Virus record (IMG/VR): IMGVR_UViG_3300030372_005063
Span: 1 to 36,454 of that record
Source: a virus
Taxonomy: Duplodnaviria; Caudoviricetes
Reading direction: 5' to 3' (one strand)
Length of the DNA: 36,454 bases
Shown: positions 19,491 through 26,691 of the stretch, piece after piece
Layout of the letters: each line of letters begins with the position of its first letter
Position numbering within the stretch: position 1 is the first letter of the stretch
The notes under the pieces: model-generated
What the model saw: the letters and a program-made list of their open reading frames with translations, nothing else
Told to the model about the DNA's origin: nothing
The model's database searches: none
Program-made: the position numbers and the translations under genes

Positions 19491-19611
19491 TTTAATGAAT
19501 GGCGGTTCACTTAATCGATCGGTTTAATGAATGGGGATTCAGTTTACCCTGAAGGGTTTAATGAATGGTGATTCATTTAACGCGTCGTTTCATGAATTGG
19601 GATTCAGTAAA
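19491..19611. repeat. Four direct copies of a ~24-bp palindromic unit TTTAA-TGAAT-N4-ATTCA-NTWAA
   Basis: Units start at 19491, 19523, 19557, 19588 (period 32, 34, 31 bp). Confidence 0.85.
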
Positions 19612-19617
19612 TAGGCC

Positions 19618-19645
19618 AAAAGAAAGCCCCGCTTGATGCGAGGCC
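19618..19645 (-). terminator. Intrinsic terminator closing the leftward early operon
   Basis: GGCCTCGC-ATCAA-GCGGGGCT followed by TTCTTTT on minus strand. Confidence 0.75.
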
Positions 19646-19664
19646 CTTGGGCTTAGTGAGCGGC

Positions 19665-19889
19665 TTAGTAGGTGGTCAGCTCACACCAGCGACCGCCCCT
19701 TAGATGTTCTACAGTCACCATATTGTCCATCCTTGCGCCGTCATCAAGACCTACACGGCTAACCCAGTACCTTAAAAGAGTACCCTCGCTGCTTGTCGTT
19801 TCAAGCTTCAAGTCGTCAGCCTGACCAACTGATAGGGTTTTGAGCTTCAAGAGACGGCTTCGGTTGTGGTGTACAATGCTTAATGACAT
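19665..19889 (-). CDS. Hypothetical early protein, 74 aa
   Basis: RBS AGGGGG; follows 47-aa ORF, precedes terminator. Confidence 0.7.
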   Translation of the reverse strand: MSLSIVHHNRSRLLKLKTLSVGQADDLKLETTSSEGTLLRYWVSRVGLDDGARMDNMVTVEHLRGGRWCELTTY

Positions 19890-19890
19890 A

Positions 19891-20034
19891 TCAAACCCCC
19901 TGTGCCGCGATAGCTGCGTTTAGGTCCAGGCGTGCGAATGCTGTTTTGATGTGGTGGACGCGGTTTTGATTGATTCGGCCCTCCACCTGCCATGTTAAGA
20001 CAAGCGCTTTTAGGTCGTTTCTGAGTTGTCTCAT
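19891..20034 (-). CDS. Hypothetical early protein, 47 aa (below ORF track cutoff)
   Basis: MRQLRNDLKALVLTWQVEGRINQNRVHHIKTAFARLDLNAAIAAQGV; RBS AAGGA, upstream AGCTAAC motif and promoter. Confidence 0.7.
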   Translation of the reverse strand: MRQLRNDLKALVLTWQVEGRINQNRVHHIKTAFARLDLNAAIAAQGV

Positions 20035-20069
20035 TGGATTATGTCCTTTTTTTTGAGTTAGCTTACCTC

Positions 20070-20097
20070 AACTTACCATAGTTAACGCCTGCGTCAA
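20070..20097 (-). promoter_or_regulatory. Leftward sigma70-type promoter with operator-like palindrome
   Basis: TTGACG-N16-TAAGTT with TGn extension; TGACGCAGGCGTTA. Confidence 0.65.
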
Positions 20098-20254
20098 GTA
20101 GATAATGTGGAAAGATAGCCAGAAAAGGAACATTCGAGGCAGAAAAGGCCCCTTGAGCATACAACAACCCTTTGAATGTGTATCATATGCTCAAAGGGTA
20201 ATAACGTTACTCAAATCATTGCGCTCAATTCCGCCCCATTTCAAGCCTAAAAAG

Positions 20255-20566
20255 CTCCAACCTATGAAGCTATGGAGTAAATGGAGCAATGAACAAACTT
20301 TCTTTTTCTATACTGTATAGCCTATAAGCCTAAATCCTATATCCCTAGTGATATCATACACTTACGCCATATCACTCTATTTTATTTGTATAATTAATAT
20401 TTAAAGCAATATTTACTACATCTCCATCATTCTGAGAATAACCCCAGTGTTTTTAAGTGCTTAAGTTTTTCAGCCTATGGAGATGTTATGGAGAAAACCC
20501 CTTACCTTATATTTTCCCTCATTTGCCCGCGTTCGTTTTTCTCCATTTTCTTCATCCTATGTTCAT
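20255..20566. other. Candidate replication origin
   Basis: Non-coding, AT-rich core (~20295-20415) flanked by direct and inverted ATG(G/A)A(G/C) hexamers. Confidence 0.4.
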
Positions 20567-20573
20567 AATAAAG

Positions 20574-20602
20574 TTGACGCTCGCGTCATAAACTAGTAAC
20601 TT
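20574..20602 (+). promoter_or_regulatory. Rightward sigma70-type promoter with perfect operator-like palindrome
   Basis: TTGACG-N17-TAACTT; TGACGC-TC-GCGTCA. Confidence 0.7.
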
Positions 20603-20637
20603 CGTTCATAGCTAACCAATCAACCAAAGGACACCAA

Positions 20638-20820
20638 ATGACCCACGTCAATTCCCTTCAATACTCCAAAGCTAACCAGGCTTGGTTATTTATCTCTGGC
20701 AATGCTGTGTTGAAGGTATCGCCGACTCTTGAAGGCATTGTTAACCGCTTAAAGACTGAAACCAAGTTGACGAGCGCTGAAATCCTGCGACTAACCAATG
20801 AAGCATTGGAGGCAAAATGA
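20638..20820 (+). CDS. Hypothetical early protein, 60 aa
   Basis: RBS AAAGGA; first gene after promoter. Confidence 0.7.
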   Translation: MTHVNSLQYSKANQAWLFISGNAVLKVSPTLEGIVNRLKTETKLTSAEILRLTNEALEAK

Positions 20821-21089
20821 TGAATCGATTTAAACGACGTGCAACAGCCCAACAAATCCAGCGTTTCTCTTATCGCTCCAACTCTAACTCAATGCATCTG
20901 CAAGAACTAAAATCGTTCTACTTGTGGAAAGCACTAAGGGGCTTACATGACGCCACAAGAAACGACCCCATAACGGGGAAAACTGTCGGCGTGTCTAATG
21001 ACCTGCACCGTACATTAGCTCGCGAGGCACATAAGGCAAAATATCGCCACCTTGCGGCCATGCCTCAACGCGTCGCACCGTTGCCCTGA
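20817..21089 (+). CDS. Hypothetical basic early protein, 90 aa
   Basis: RBS GGAGG; ATGA overlap with upstream gene. Confidence 0.7.
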   Translation: MMNRFKRRATAQQIQRFSYRSNSNSMHLQELKSFYLWKALRGLHDATRNDPITGKTVGVSNDLHRTLAREAHKAKYRHLAAMPQRVAPLP

Positions 21090-21109
21090 TAAAATAAATT
21101 ATTTTTATC

Positions 21110-21140
21110 TGTCAGATTTTAGCAGTCTTATTCGTCTAAC
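21110..21140 (+). promoter_or_regulatory. Candidate ECF-sigma-type promoter 1
   Basis: TGTCAGA-N16-CGTCTAAC, intergenic, AT-rich upstream. Confidence 0.55.
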
Positions 21141-21211
21141 ATTATGAACCCCATTGCCCACCTAGAGTGGGCCTTGTGGGTGGAGCTAACCTAATTATTG
21201 AAGGATTTATT

Positions 21212-21490
21212 ATGACAGAGACTTACCGCAAGGTTAAGGAATTGACTGGATGCAATACCCGCATTCTCAACTACAAATACTTAGGGCCGACCAATACTAA
21301 GGGAAGCCGAGTCAGAATTACCGACAAGCGCTTTCAGCGGTCTAAAATTGTTACGTTTGACGACCAATTTAGCACCGCGGCCGAAGTCGCAGTTGATTAC
21401 CTGCTTTCTCAAGGCTGGGATGTGGTGGGAACCAATAGCGATGTAAGGGTGATTATCATGGGTTCATGGGACTCAGATAAGCAGCTGTAA
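21212..21490 (+). CDS. Hypothetical phage protein, 92 aa
   Basis: Start reassigned to ATG 21212 after GAAGGA; KYLGPTNTKGSRV motif recalls a recurring phage hypothetical family. Confidence 0.75.
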   Translation: MTETYRKVKELTGCNTRILNYKYLGPTNTKGSRVRITDKRFQRSKIVTFDDQFSTAAEVAVDYLLSQGWDVVGTNSDVRVIIMGSWDSDKQL

Positions 21491-21542
21491 GACGCTTTAC
21501 CAGTCCCCTCGGTGCAAATCGGGGGGCCTGAATAAATCGTTT

Positions 21543-21572
21543 TGTCAGATTAGAAAATAAAGTTCGTCTAAC
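21543..21572 (+). promoter_or_regulatory. Candidate ECF-sigma-type promoter 2
   Basis: TGTCAGA-N15-CGTCTAAC, same two boxes as at 21110. Confidence 0.55.
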
Positions 21573-21598
21573 TCAGTAGAAGCAAAGGAGCTAACCTA

Positions 21599-21829
21599 AT
21601 GTTTGAAAAAGTTACTATTTGCCCGAATTGCAACGCGGGCATGTTTTCCACAACTAAAGCACGAGTAGAAGCCTACTCGCTTTTGAGTGGCAAGCGCTCA
21701 ACCGTGGCCATGCAAGGCCCTTGGACTTGCGGCGTATGCAAGGCCGACTTTCACGATGGCCTTGGCTTTGAAGGTGAGGTTGAAGATTTTGACGCAATGG
21801 TTCAAGCGGTTGAAGGGCTCAAGCTATGA
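21599..21829 (+). CDS. Small Zn-ribbon protein, 76 aa
   Basis: CPNC and CGVC pairs; RBS AAAGGAG. Confidence 0.75.
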   Translation: MFEKVTICPNCNAGMFSTTKARVEAYSLLSGKRSTVAMQGPWTCGVCKADFHDGLGFEGEVEDFDAMVQAVEGLKL

Positions 21830-22062
21830 GAATGTTTATTAGAAAATGGCAGGCATGGGGTTTGATGTTTCGTCAATTGTGGCGAGTGACCCCAGATGAT
21901 GCAAGGGGTCAGCTCTTACTTGAGTTGTTATTCGACCCCGCGAAAATTCAACAACGAATGGATGCGGAATACAATCACCAAATCCGCATGCGTGCGCTGT
22001 TTTCGAAGCGTGCGTCAAGTTCCGAAATGATGTTCAGAGCAATGCTCAAAAGGAGAAAGTAG
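21826..22062 (+). CDS. Hypothetical protein, 78 aa
   Basis: ATGA overlap with upstream gene. Confidence 0.6.
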   Translation: MRMFIRKWQAWGLMFRQLWRVTPDDARGQLLLELLFDPAKIQQRMDAEYNHQIRMRALFSKRASSSEMMFRAMLKRRK

Positions 22063-22064
22063 CA

Positions 22065-22304
22065 ATGACTGAGAAAACCATTCAAGGGACCTTCGGGTCT
22101 CAGTTCACCCCCTGCCAAGTGTTCGTGTGCGGCGCTTGGTACGTCGTAGAAGGTGGTTCAACCGTCAACCGTGCGGTGTGTCCGTCCGTCCTTGTCGACG
22201 GTGTTGATGTCGAAACCATTCAGGACATCGACTGCTTCACCACCTCAGAAGTCGATAGCTTAGAAGGGCTGGTCTCTGAGGTAGACGATTTTGTCTACGG
22301 TTGA
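22065..22304 (+). CDS. Hypothetical acidic protein, 79 aa
   Basis: RBS AAGGAG; followed by terminator. Confidence 0.7.
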   Translation: MTEKTIQGTFGSQFTPCQVFVCGAWYVVEGGSTVNRAVCPSVLVDGVDVETIQDIDCFTTSEVDSLEGLVSEVDDFVYG

Positions 22305-22321
22305 TTGGCTCTGCACTAATC

Positions 22322-22351
22322 AGGGCGGCCCTAATCGGGTCGCCTTATTTT
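22322..22351 (+). terminator. Intrinsic terminator
   Basis: AGGGCGGCCC-TAATC-GGGTCGCCTT then ATTTTT. Confidence 0.7.
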
Positions 22352-22362
22352 TGCCCACCCAC

Positions 22363-22391
22363 TTGACGCTTGCATCATGTCATGCAAGGAT
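22363..22391 (+). promoter_or_regulatory. Sigma70-type promoter with operator-like palindrome
   Basis: TTGACG, TGACGC-TT-GCATCA, weak TGn-AAGGAT -10 at N17. Confidence 0.55.
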
Positions 22392-22423
22392 AAGTTTAGA
22401 GCTAACCCATTCAGGAGAAAACT

Positions 22424-22627
22424 ATGATTCAGACAAAAATAATTAAAAAATCGGCCCCCTTCGGAGCATACTACAAGCTTCGTCTTTGTCTATCTGGTGT
22501 ATGGTACGAAGCCATAAACCAGAAAAGCGCCGAAAAAGACTGGGCATCCCGCGTTAATGAGCTTACTCGCTCCGGGCTTGCTAGTATTGACCTACAGGCG
22601 CAGCCTGAAAAGTGGCGAAAGATTTAG
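22424..22627 (+). CDS. Hypothetical protein, 67 aa
   Basis: Begins and ends in leader repeats. Confidence 0.75.
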   Translation: MIQTKIIKKSAPFGAYYKLRLCLSGVWYEAINQKSAEKDWASRVNELTRSGLASIDLQAQPEKWRKI

Positions 22628-22652
22628 AGCTAACCCAAATCAGGAGAAAATT

Positions 22653-22868
22653 ATGATTAAAACAACCGAAGACGAATTCGGGACACTTTATGTGATCAAT
22701 CATTCTCGCGTTCGGTTTACCGGCAATATTGCCGACGACGTGGCTGCCATGGAGAAAATCGAATCTCTGGATGATTGGCTATGGAATGAACTTGAATCTG
22801 ACGCAGCAATAACTGATTGCCGTGGGGATGTTGTTTACGCTGGCGCTGATATTCAGGACCACCTTTAG
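22653..22868 (+). CDS. Hypothetical acidic protein, 71 aa
   Basis: Start reassigned to ATG 22653 in leader repeat (MIKTTEDEFG). Confidence 0.75.
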   Translation: MIKTTEDEFGTLYVINHSRVRFTGNIADDVAAMEKIESLDDWLWNELESDAAITDCRGDVVYAGADIQDHL

Positions 22869-22892
22869 AGTTAACCCATTCAGGAGAAAATT

Positions 22893-23363
22893 ATGCCAAG
22901 AAAGAAAAGATATGAAGCCCGAAAGTCTAGCTTATACGGAACCGAGGTAGAAGTATTTGACCATTCAACCGGTTTTAAGTTAATTGCGAATTTTGGCGAT
23001 TTTTTAAACTACCAATATCCAAGCGACCATATCGAACGCTTGCCCGCTTATGTATTTCGGGACGTTTACGCTTTAGAGAAAATTCACGAGCAACAACTTG
23101 AAGCCAATGCCCTGAATACTGAGGTTATGGAAGAGCGTCTTCTGGTTCACTGCACTCACAACTCCGAAGTATCGGACGCAGTAAAATCCCAGTGCAGGCA
23201 AACTGTTTTCTCGCTGGTCCGCAAGTCTGCTCAAGTCCTTTACTCTCAATGGGACCACTATGGGGCGCCGTTGTGTCATGAGTCTGAGAAGCAAATGGTT
23301 GATTACCTATCCCGGCGCAAGTTTATCAGTCGGGTCATTCATTCAAATCTTAGCCAGGACTAA
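22893..23363 (+). CDS. Hypothetical protein, 156 aa
   Basis: Bounded by leader repeats. Confidence 0.8.
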   Translation: MPRKKRYEARKSSLYGTEVEVFDHSTGFKLIANFGDFLNYQYPSDHIERLPAYVFRDVYALEKIHEQQLEANALNTEVMEERLLVHCTHNSEVSDAVKSQCRQTVFSLVRKSAQVLYSQWDHYGAPLCHESEKQMVDYLSRRKFISRVIHSNLSQD

Positions 23364-23381
23364 CCCATTCAGGAGAGAACT

Positions 23382-23681
23382 ATGATTTTTTTAACAACTG
23401 ACACGTTGAAACCCGGTCAAAAACTTTCAGAGGCATGGATAAAGGACCCGCATATTTTGGGCTCCGGTCAAGCTGTGTGCTATCAAGCCGGTAATGGCTT
23501 AACGATTCAGGTCAGCCCGCGAGCCCGCTATCTTGAGATAAACCGCCCGGAATGGAAAACTCCCCTTTGCATCAAGCTAAGGCGCAACCCTTACGTGGAC
23601 CCTGATAGCCCTTTTAACGGGGATTACTGTCCTCGATGGGCAGGTCCGAGCAGGGTATTGGCTTATAAACTCATGACTTAA
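23382..23681 (+). CDS. Hypothetical protein, 99 aa
   Basis: Starts in leader repeat. Confidence 0.75.
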   Translation: MIFLTTDTLKPGQKLSEAWIKDPHILGSGQAVCYQAGNGLTIQVSPRARYLEINRPEWKTPLCIKLRRNPYVDPDSPFNGDYCPRWAGPSRVLAYKLMT

Positions 23682-23689
23682 TTCAGGAC

Positions 23690-23719
23690 TTGACGCGGGT
23701 ATCAATCCCGTATTACAAC
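23690..23719 (+). promoter_or_regulatory. Sigma70-type promoter with operator-like palindrome
   Basis: TTGACG-N18-TACAAC; TGACGC-GG-GTATCA. Confidence 0.6.
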
Positions 23720-23753
23720 AACCAAGAGCTAACTTTTAATTCAGGACAAAACT

Positions 23754-24032
23754 ATGAAAAATTTAAGAATCGATTGCGACATCAATCCGCCATCTTATTA
23801 CGGACTTGATTCAGGTCAGGCGTCTTTATGTGAGTTTACAGTCATGGTGGGCAAAAATTCATTCAGGTTGAACGAGTGGCTGAACACTGACGGAACGCTT
23901 GAGCAGGTTGATAGTCACATCAAGATTAATCAATCCGAAACATTCGCTCAGGTCGTGAGCGCTCTGAGCTGCACCGATGAAGAACTTTGGAACGAGCTAA
24001 TAAAGGCGGCGTGCGGCGAGGTCACGGCATGA
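23754..24032 (+). CDS. Hypothetical protein, 92 aa
   Basis: Starts in degenerate leader repeat. Confidence 0.75.
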   Translation: MKNLRIDCDINPPSYYGLDSGQASLCEFTVMVGKNSFRLNEWLNTDGTLEQVDSHIKINQSETFAQVVSALSCTDEELWNELIKAACGEVTA

Positions 24033-24208
24033 GAGGCAGAGTTAAAAAAAAGACAACAACAATCTCACATCCTATCTATGGCCATGTTGAATGGCTTGAC
24101 AGCAACGTCGAACAAAACAAAATCCTGGTAAGTCGTTATTGCGCGAAACACGGCGAGCACATTCAGGAGTGGATTGACTGGACATTTCCAACAAAGAAAG
24201 AGAGCTAA
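24029..24208 (+). CDS. Hypothetical protein, 59 aa
   Basis: Start reassigned to ATG 24029 (ATGA overlap, GAGG RBS). Confidence 0.6.
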   Translation: MRGRVKKKTTTISHPIYGHVEWLDSNVEQNKILVSRYCAKHGEHIQEWIDWTFPTKKES

Positions 24209-24211
24209 CCA

Positions 24212-24637
24212 ATGACTCGCCACGAGGATTTAATCCAGGCAGTTATCCAAGAGAGTGAATCAAAAGCCCGTAAACGCGGGTTCAGGAAAGCCTTACGTGA
24301 GGCCCTGTTAAGTGATGAGCATTCGGAACTGATTGAGTCGGAAGAGTTCGAGGTTTTAATTGTGCCGGATGCTTACTTTGTTCAGTCTCAAATCAGGACA
24401 GTGACGGCCTTTGAGGTTGAAGTATCTAATGTCTTGAGCCGTCGCAAGCTGGCGAAATATTTAAAACTGTATCAATTATTAGACTACCACAACTGGGCCA
24501 TTAAATTAATACGGGTGAACCGCGATGGAACCGCCCAAGCCTATGACCTCTTTGATTGCTATGCTGCAAGCCTTGAGCGTGAGGTTGACCTTTTAGATTT
24601 AATCCCCCTTAAGAAACCTTGGAGAATAGAAACATGA
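24212..24637 (+). CDS. Possible PD-(D/E)XK-like nuclease fold protein, 141 aa
   Basis: IVPDAYFV...TAFEVEVS pattern. Confidence 0.45.
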   Translation: MTRHEDLIQAVIQESESKARKRGFRKALREALLSDEHSELIESEEFEVLIVPDAYFVQSQIRTVTAFEVEVSNVLSRRKLAKYLKLYQLLDYHNWAIKLIRVNRDGTAQAYDLFDCYAASLEREVDLLDLIPLKKPWRIET

Positions 24638-24648
24638 CAGAGCTAACC

Positions 24649-25014
24649 ATGACAAGAATGAGAAAGTGCGGCCGTTGCGGGACATACGGCCACAACAAAA
24701 GAACGTGCAAGTTTTCGGATAAAGAAATTAAAGACTTAAAAGAGCGTCGAGAGAGGGGCTCGGCCATGATTAAGGAGCGCCGCGAAAGGGCGAGGGCTGA
24801 GGTAACAGGTGCTCTTGTGCGGGGGCTTAATGCGCTGGCGGAAATCGCCGGAGGGGATGACCACTTCTGGCTTGAGGGTGACGGACAAGGCGGCTTGTAC
24901 TTGGAGAATACAATGGGGATTCCCAACAATCATCTTGACTTTGACGGACCCGAAGCGGTTGCCGTTGTGGTTGCTGAAATTGCTAAAAAACTCGGAGACA
25001 ACGAAGATAATTGA
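24649..25014 (+). CDS. CCHC zinc-knuckle protein, ~121 aa
   Basis: CGRCGTYGHNKRTC = C-X2-C-X4-H-X4-C, followed by Arg/Glu-rich helix; start taken at AGCTAACC-ATG (uncertain). Confidence 0.7.
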   Translation: MTRMRKCGRCGTYGHNKRTCKFSDKEIKDLKERRERGSAMIKERRERARAEVTGALVRGLNALAEIAGGDDHFWLEGDGQGGLYLENTMGIPNNHLDFDGPEAVAVVVAEIAKKLGDNEDN

Positions 25015-25039
25015 CTGACAGGCTTCTCGCCTATACTTT
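25011..25039 (+). promoter_or_regulatory. Possible sigma70 promoter for helicase gene
   Basis: TTGACT-N17-TACTTT. Confidence 0.4.
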
Positions 25040-25086
25040 TATATTTCAATTTTAATGTGGGGCGCTGCGCGGCGCTGGGGAAAATT

Positions 25087-26481
25087 ATGAATGAGCTAAC
25101 CCGCTATGTATCAGATAGCTTGAGCGAGCTTACACCTTCATCCGGGAGTGACCCGGTGCTGGCTAGGCTTTTGATTGAGGTTTTAGAACGCAAGGGAGAA
25201 GGCTTTAAAACCGTCAGCACTGACGGAAGCTTTTACCTTTTTACGGGGATTCACTGGGAGCGCGTAACGCACGAGGTTCTCAAGAGTATGGCTCTGGAGC
25301 TAGATGGGCTATGGCTACCGGGGGAAAAGCCGAAGCGCCTCATGGTCAACCTGAAGAAGGCTGAATCTATAGCTAGGACCATGCTCCTGATTCATGAGAT
25401 TCGAAAAGAAAAACTCTTTGAGGACGCCCCTGCCGGGGTAGCTGCTGCGGATGGGTTCTGGACGATTGACGAATTTGGTGCTGAGATGTACGAGCATTCG
25501 CCGGATAATCTCTGCACTTGGTCCTACGATTTTGAGATTAACCCTCAGGTCAAGCCGGTCAAGTGGCTTCAGTTTCTCGATTCTCTTTGGCGTGATGATG
25601 ATGATAAGCAGTCGAAGATTGACGCAGCGCAGGAGTGGCTAGGGGCTTGCTTGATTGGCAAGGCTACGGATTACAGTCGCGCTCTCTTGTGTCTCGGTTC
25701 AGGTGGGAACGGCAAGAGCTTATTTATGAAGTGCGCCGAGCTTCTCTTTAATATCGAGCAAGTCACAAGTGCGAGCCCAAAGCGATGGGACCATGAGTAT
25801 TATGTCAGCACCCTAATAAACTCCCGTTTAAATGTTTGCGCCGAGCTGCCAGAATATAAAGCGCTGGAGGCCAGCGATATGTTTAAGAGCGTCATCTCTG
25901 GCGACAGGCTGAGCGCACGGCAACCACATTGTCCGGTCTACACTTTTATACCTCGGTGCGGCCACCTGTTTAGCGCCAACTCTTTGCCCTCAATCGGGTC
26001 GGGCGATTATTCGGATGGGTTCTTTCGGCGCTTCTTGGTCCTCTCCTTTAACCGCAGCTTTACAAATGATTATGCACTGGAGCGCCGCAGTCAGTCCGAC
26101 ATCATTGAGGAGATAGAGGCCGAGCGTCCCGCGATAGTGCACTGGGCGCTCGAAGGTGCCTCCAGGTTGCTTCGACGCGGTGAGTACACGCTGCCTCATT
26201 CTCATAGTGCGACGATTGTGCAGTGGCACGAGGATTCTGACCCGGTTAAGGATTTTGTAAAAGCGTGCTGCACTGGGGGCGAGAGTCGGCTGGCTGACTT
26301 GTATGACGCCTTCAAAGAGTACTGCTTGTCTACAGGCAGGCGGCACGGGAGCAGCAAGGCGATGGCTAAGAGGTTGCGCCTTCATGGGCACAATTCAAAA
26401 CTAAAAACAGCCGGTACGGTGTTTGATATTCAAACCAAGCTCCGCGCCGACTGGTCAGATTGTAATTCTTCAAGCTTCTAA
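25087..26481 (+). CDS. SF3 (D5/P4-family) DNA helicase, 464 aa
   Basis: Walker A GSGGNGKS, LNVCAEL, FKSVISGD, LFSANSLP, GFFRRFLV; start reassigned to ATG 25087. Confidence 0.9.
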   Translation: MNELTRYVSDSLSELTPSSGSDPVLARLLIEVLERKGEGFKTVSTDGSFYLFTGIHWERVTHEVLKSMALELDGLWLPGEKPKRLMVNLKKAESIARTMLLIHEIRKEKLFEDAPAGVAAADGFWTIDEFGAEMYEHSPDNLCTWSYDFEINPQVKPVKWLQFLDSLWRDDDDKQSKIDAAQEWLGACLIGKATDYSRALLCLGSGGNGKSLFMKCAELLFNIEQVTSASPKRWDHEYYVSTLINSRLNVCAELPEYKALEASDMFKSVISGDRLSARQPHCPVYTFIPRCGHLFSANSLPSIGSGDYSDGFFRRFLVLSFNRSFTNDYALERRSQSDIIEEIEAERPAIVHWALEGASRLLRRGEYTLPHSHSATIVQWHEDSDPVKDFVKACCTGGESRLADLYDAFKEYCLSTGRRHGSSKAMAKRLRLHGHNSKLKTAGTVFDIQTKLRADWSDCNSSSF

Positions 26482-26691
26482 TTCGTCAAGCCAAGCCTCT
26501 GGTGGAATGCCGCAGGCTTTCTTGAACTTCACAGCGAGTTCGAGGCTTGGCTTATACTTCCCACTCATTACCCTCGATGCGTGCTCTGGCGATATGTCCA
26601 CCATATAACTAATCTCATTCTGATTCTTGTCGTTCTTCTTCATGAACTGGCGGAGTTTCTTCACACCTTTGTTTGGTATCGCTTTCGTCAT
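26470..26691 (-). CDS. XRE/Cro-type HTH transcriptional regulator, 73 aa
   Basis: NQNEISYMVDISPEHASRVMSGKYKPSLELAVKF; RBS AAGGAG; no peptidase domain. Confidence 0.88.
   Translation of the reverse strand: MTKAIPNKGVKKLRQFMKKNDKNQNEISYMVDISPEHASRVMSGKYKPSLELAVKFKKACGIPPEAWLDELEA

Larger units (their letters stand above)
22395..23756 (+). repeat. Five dispersed ~32-bp leader repeats, consensus TTTAGAGCTAACCCATTCAGGAGAAAAYTATG
   Basis: Copies at 22395-22426, 22623-22655, 22864-22895, 23357-23384, 23725-23756, each ending on a start codon. Confidence 0.9.

Noticed and set aside
19298-19510. 71-aa N-terminal extension of the 322-aa ORF
   Set aside because: Runs through the G-tract and repeat region; a good RBS precedes ATG 19297
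19491-19611. Mini CRISPR array
   Set aside because: Inter-repeat segments are only 7-10 bp, repeats are degenerate and no cas genes are present
20105-20320. 71-aa plus-strand ORF
   Set aside because: No RBS or upstream promoter; overlaps the hexamer/AT-rich control region
21131-23384. Integron attC sites (GTCTAAC/GCTAAC resemble RYYYAAC)
   Set aside because: No complementary GTTRRRY or attC-length hairpin downstream and no integrase in the window
26615-26691. 77-nt overlap of VRR-NUC tail with HTH gene as a recoding event
   Set aside because: HTH has its own strong RBS and ATG and no slippery site is present; likely incidental stop-codon drift
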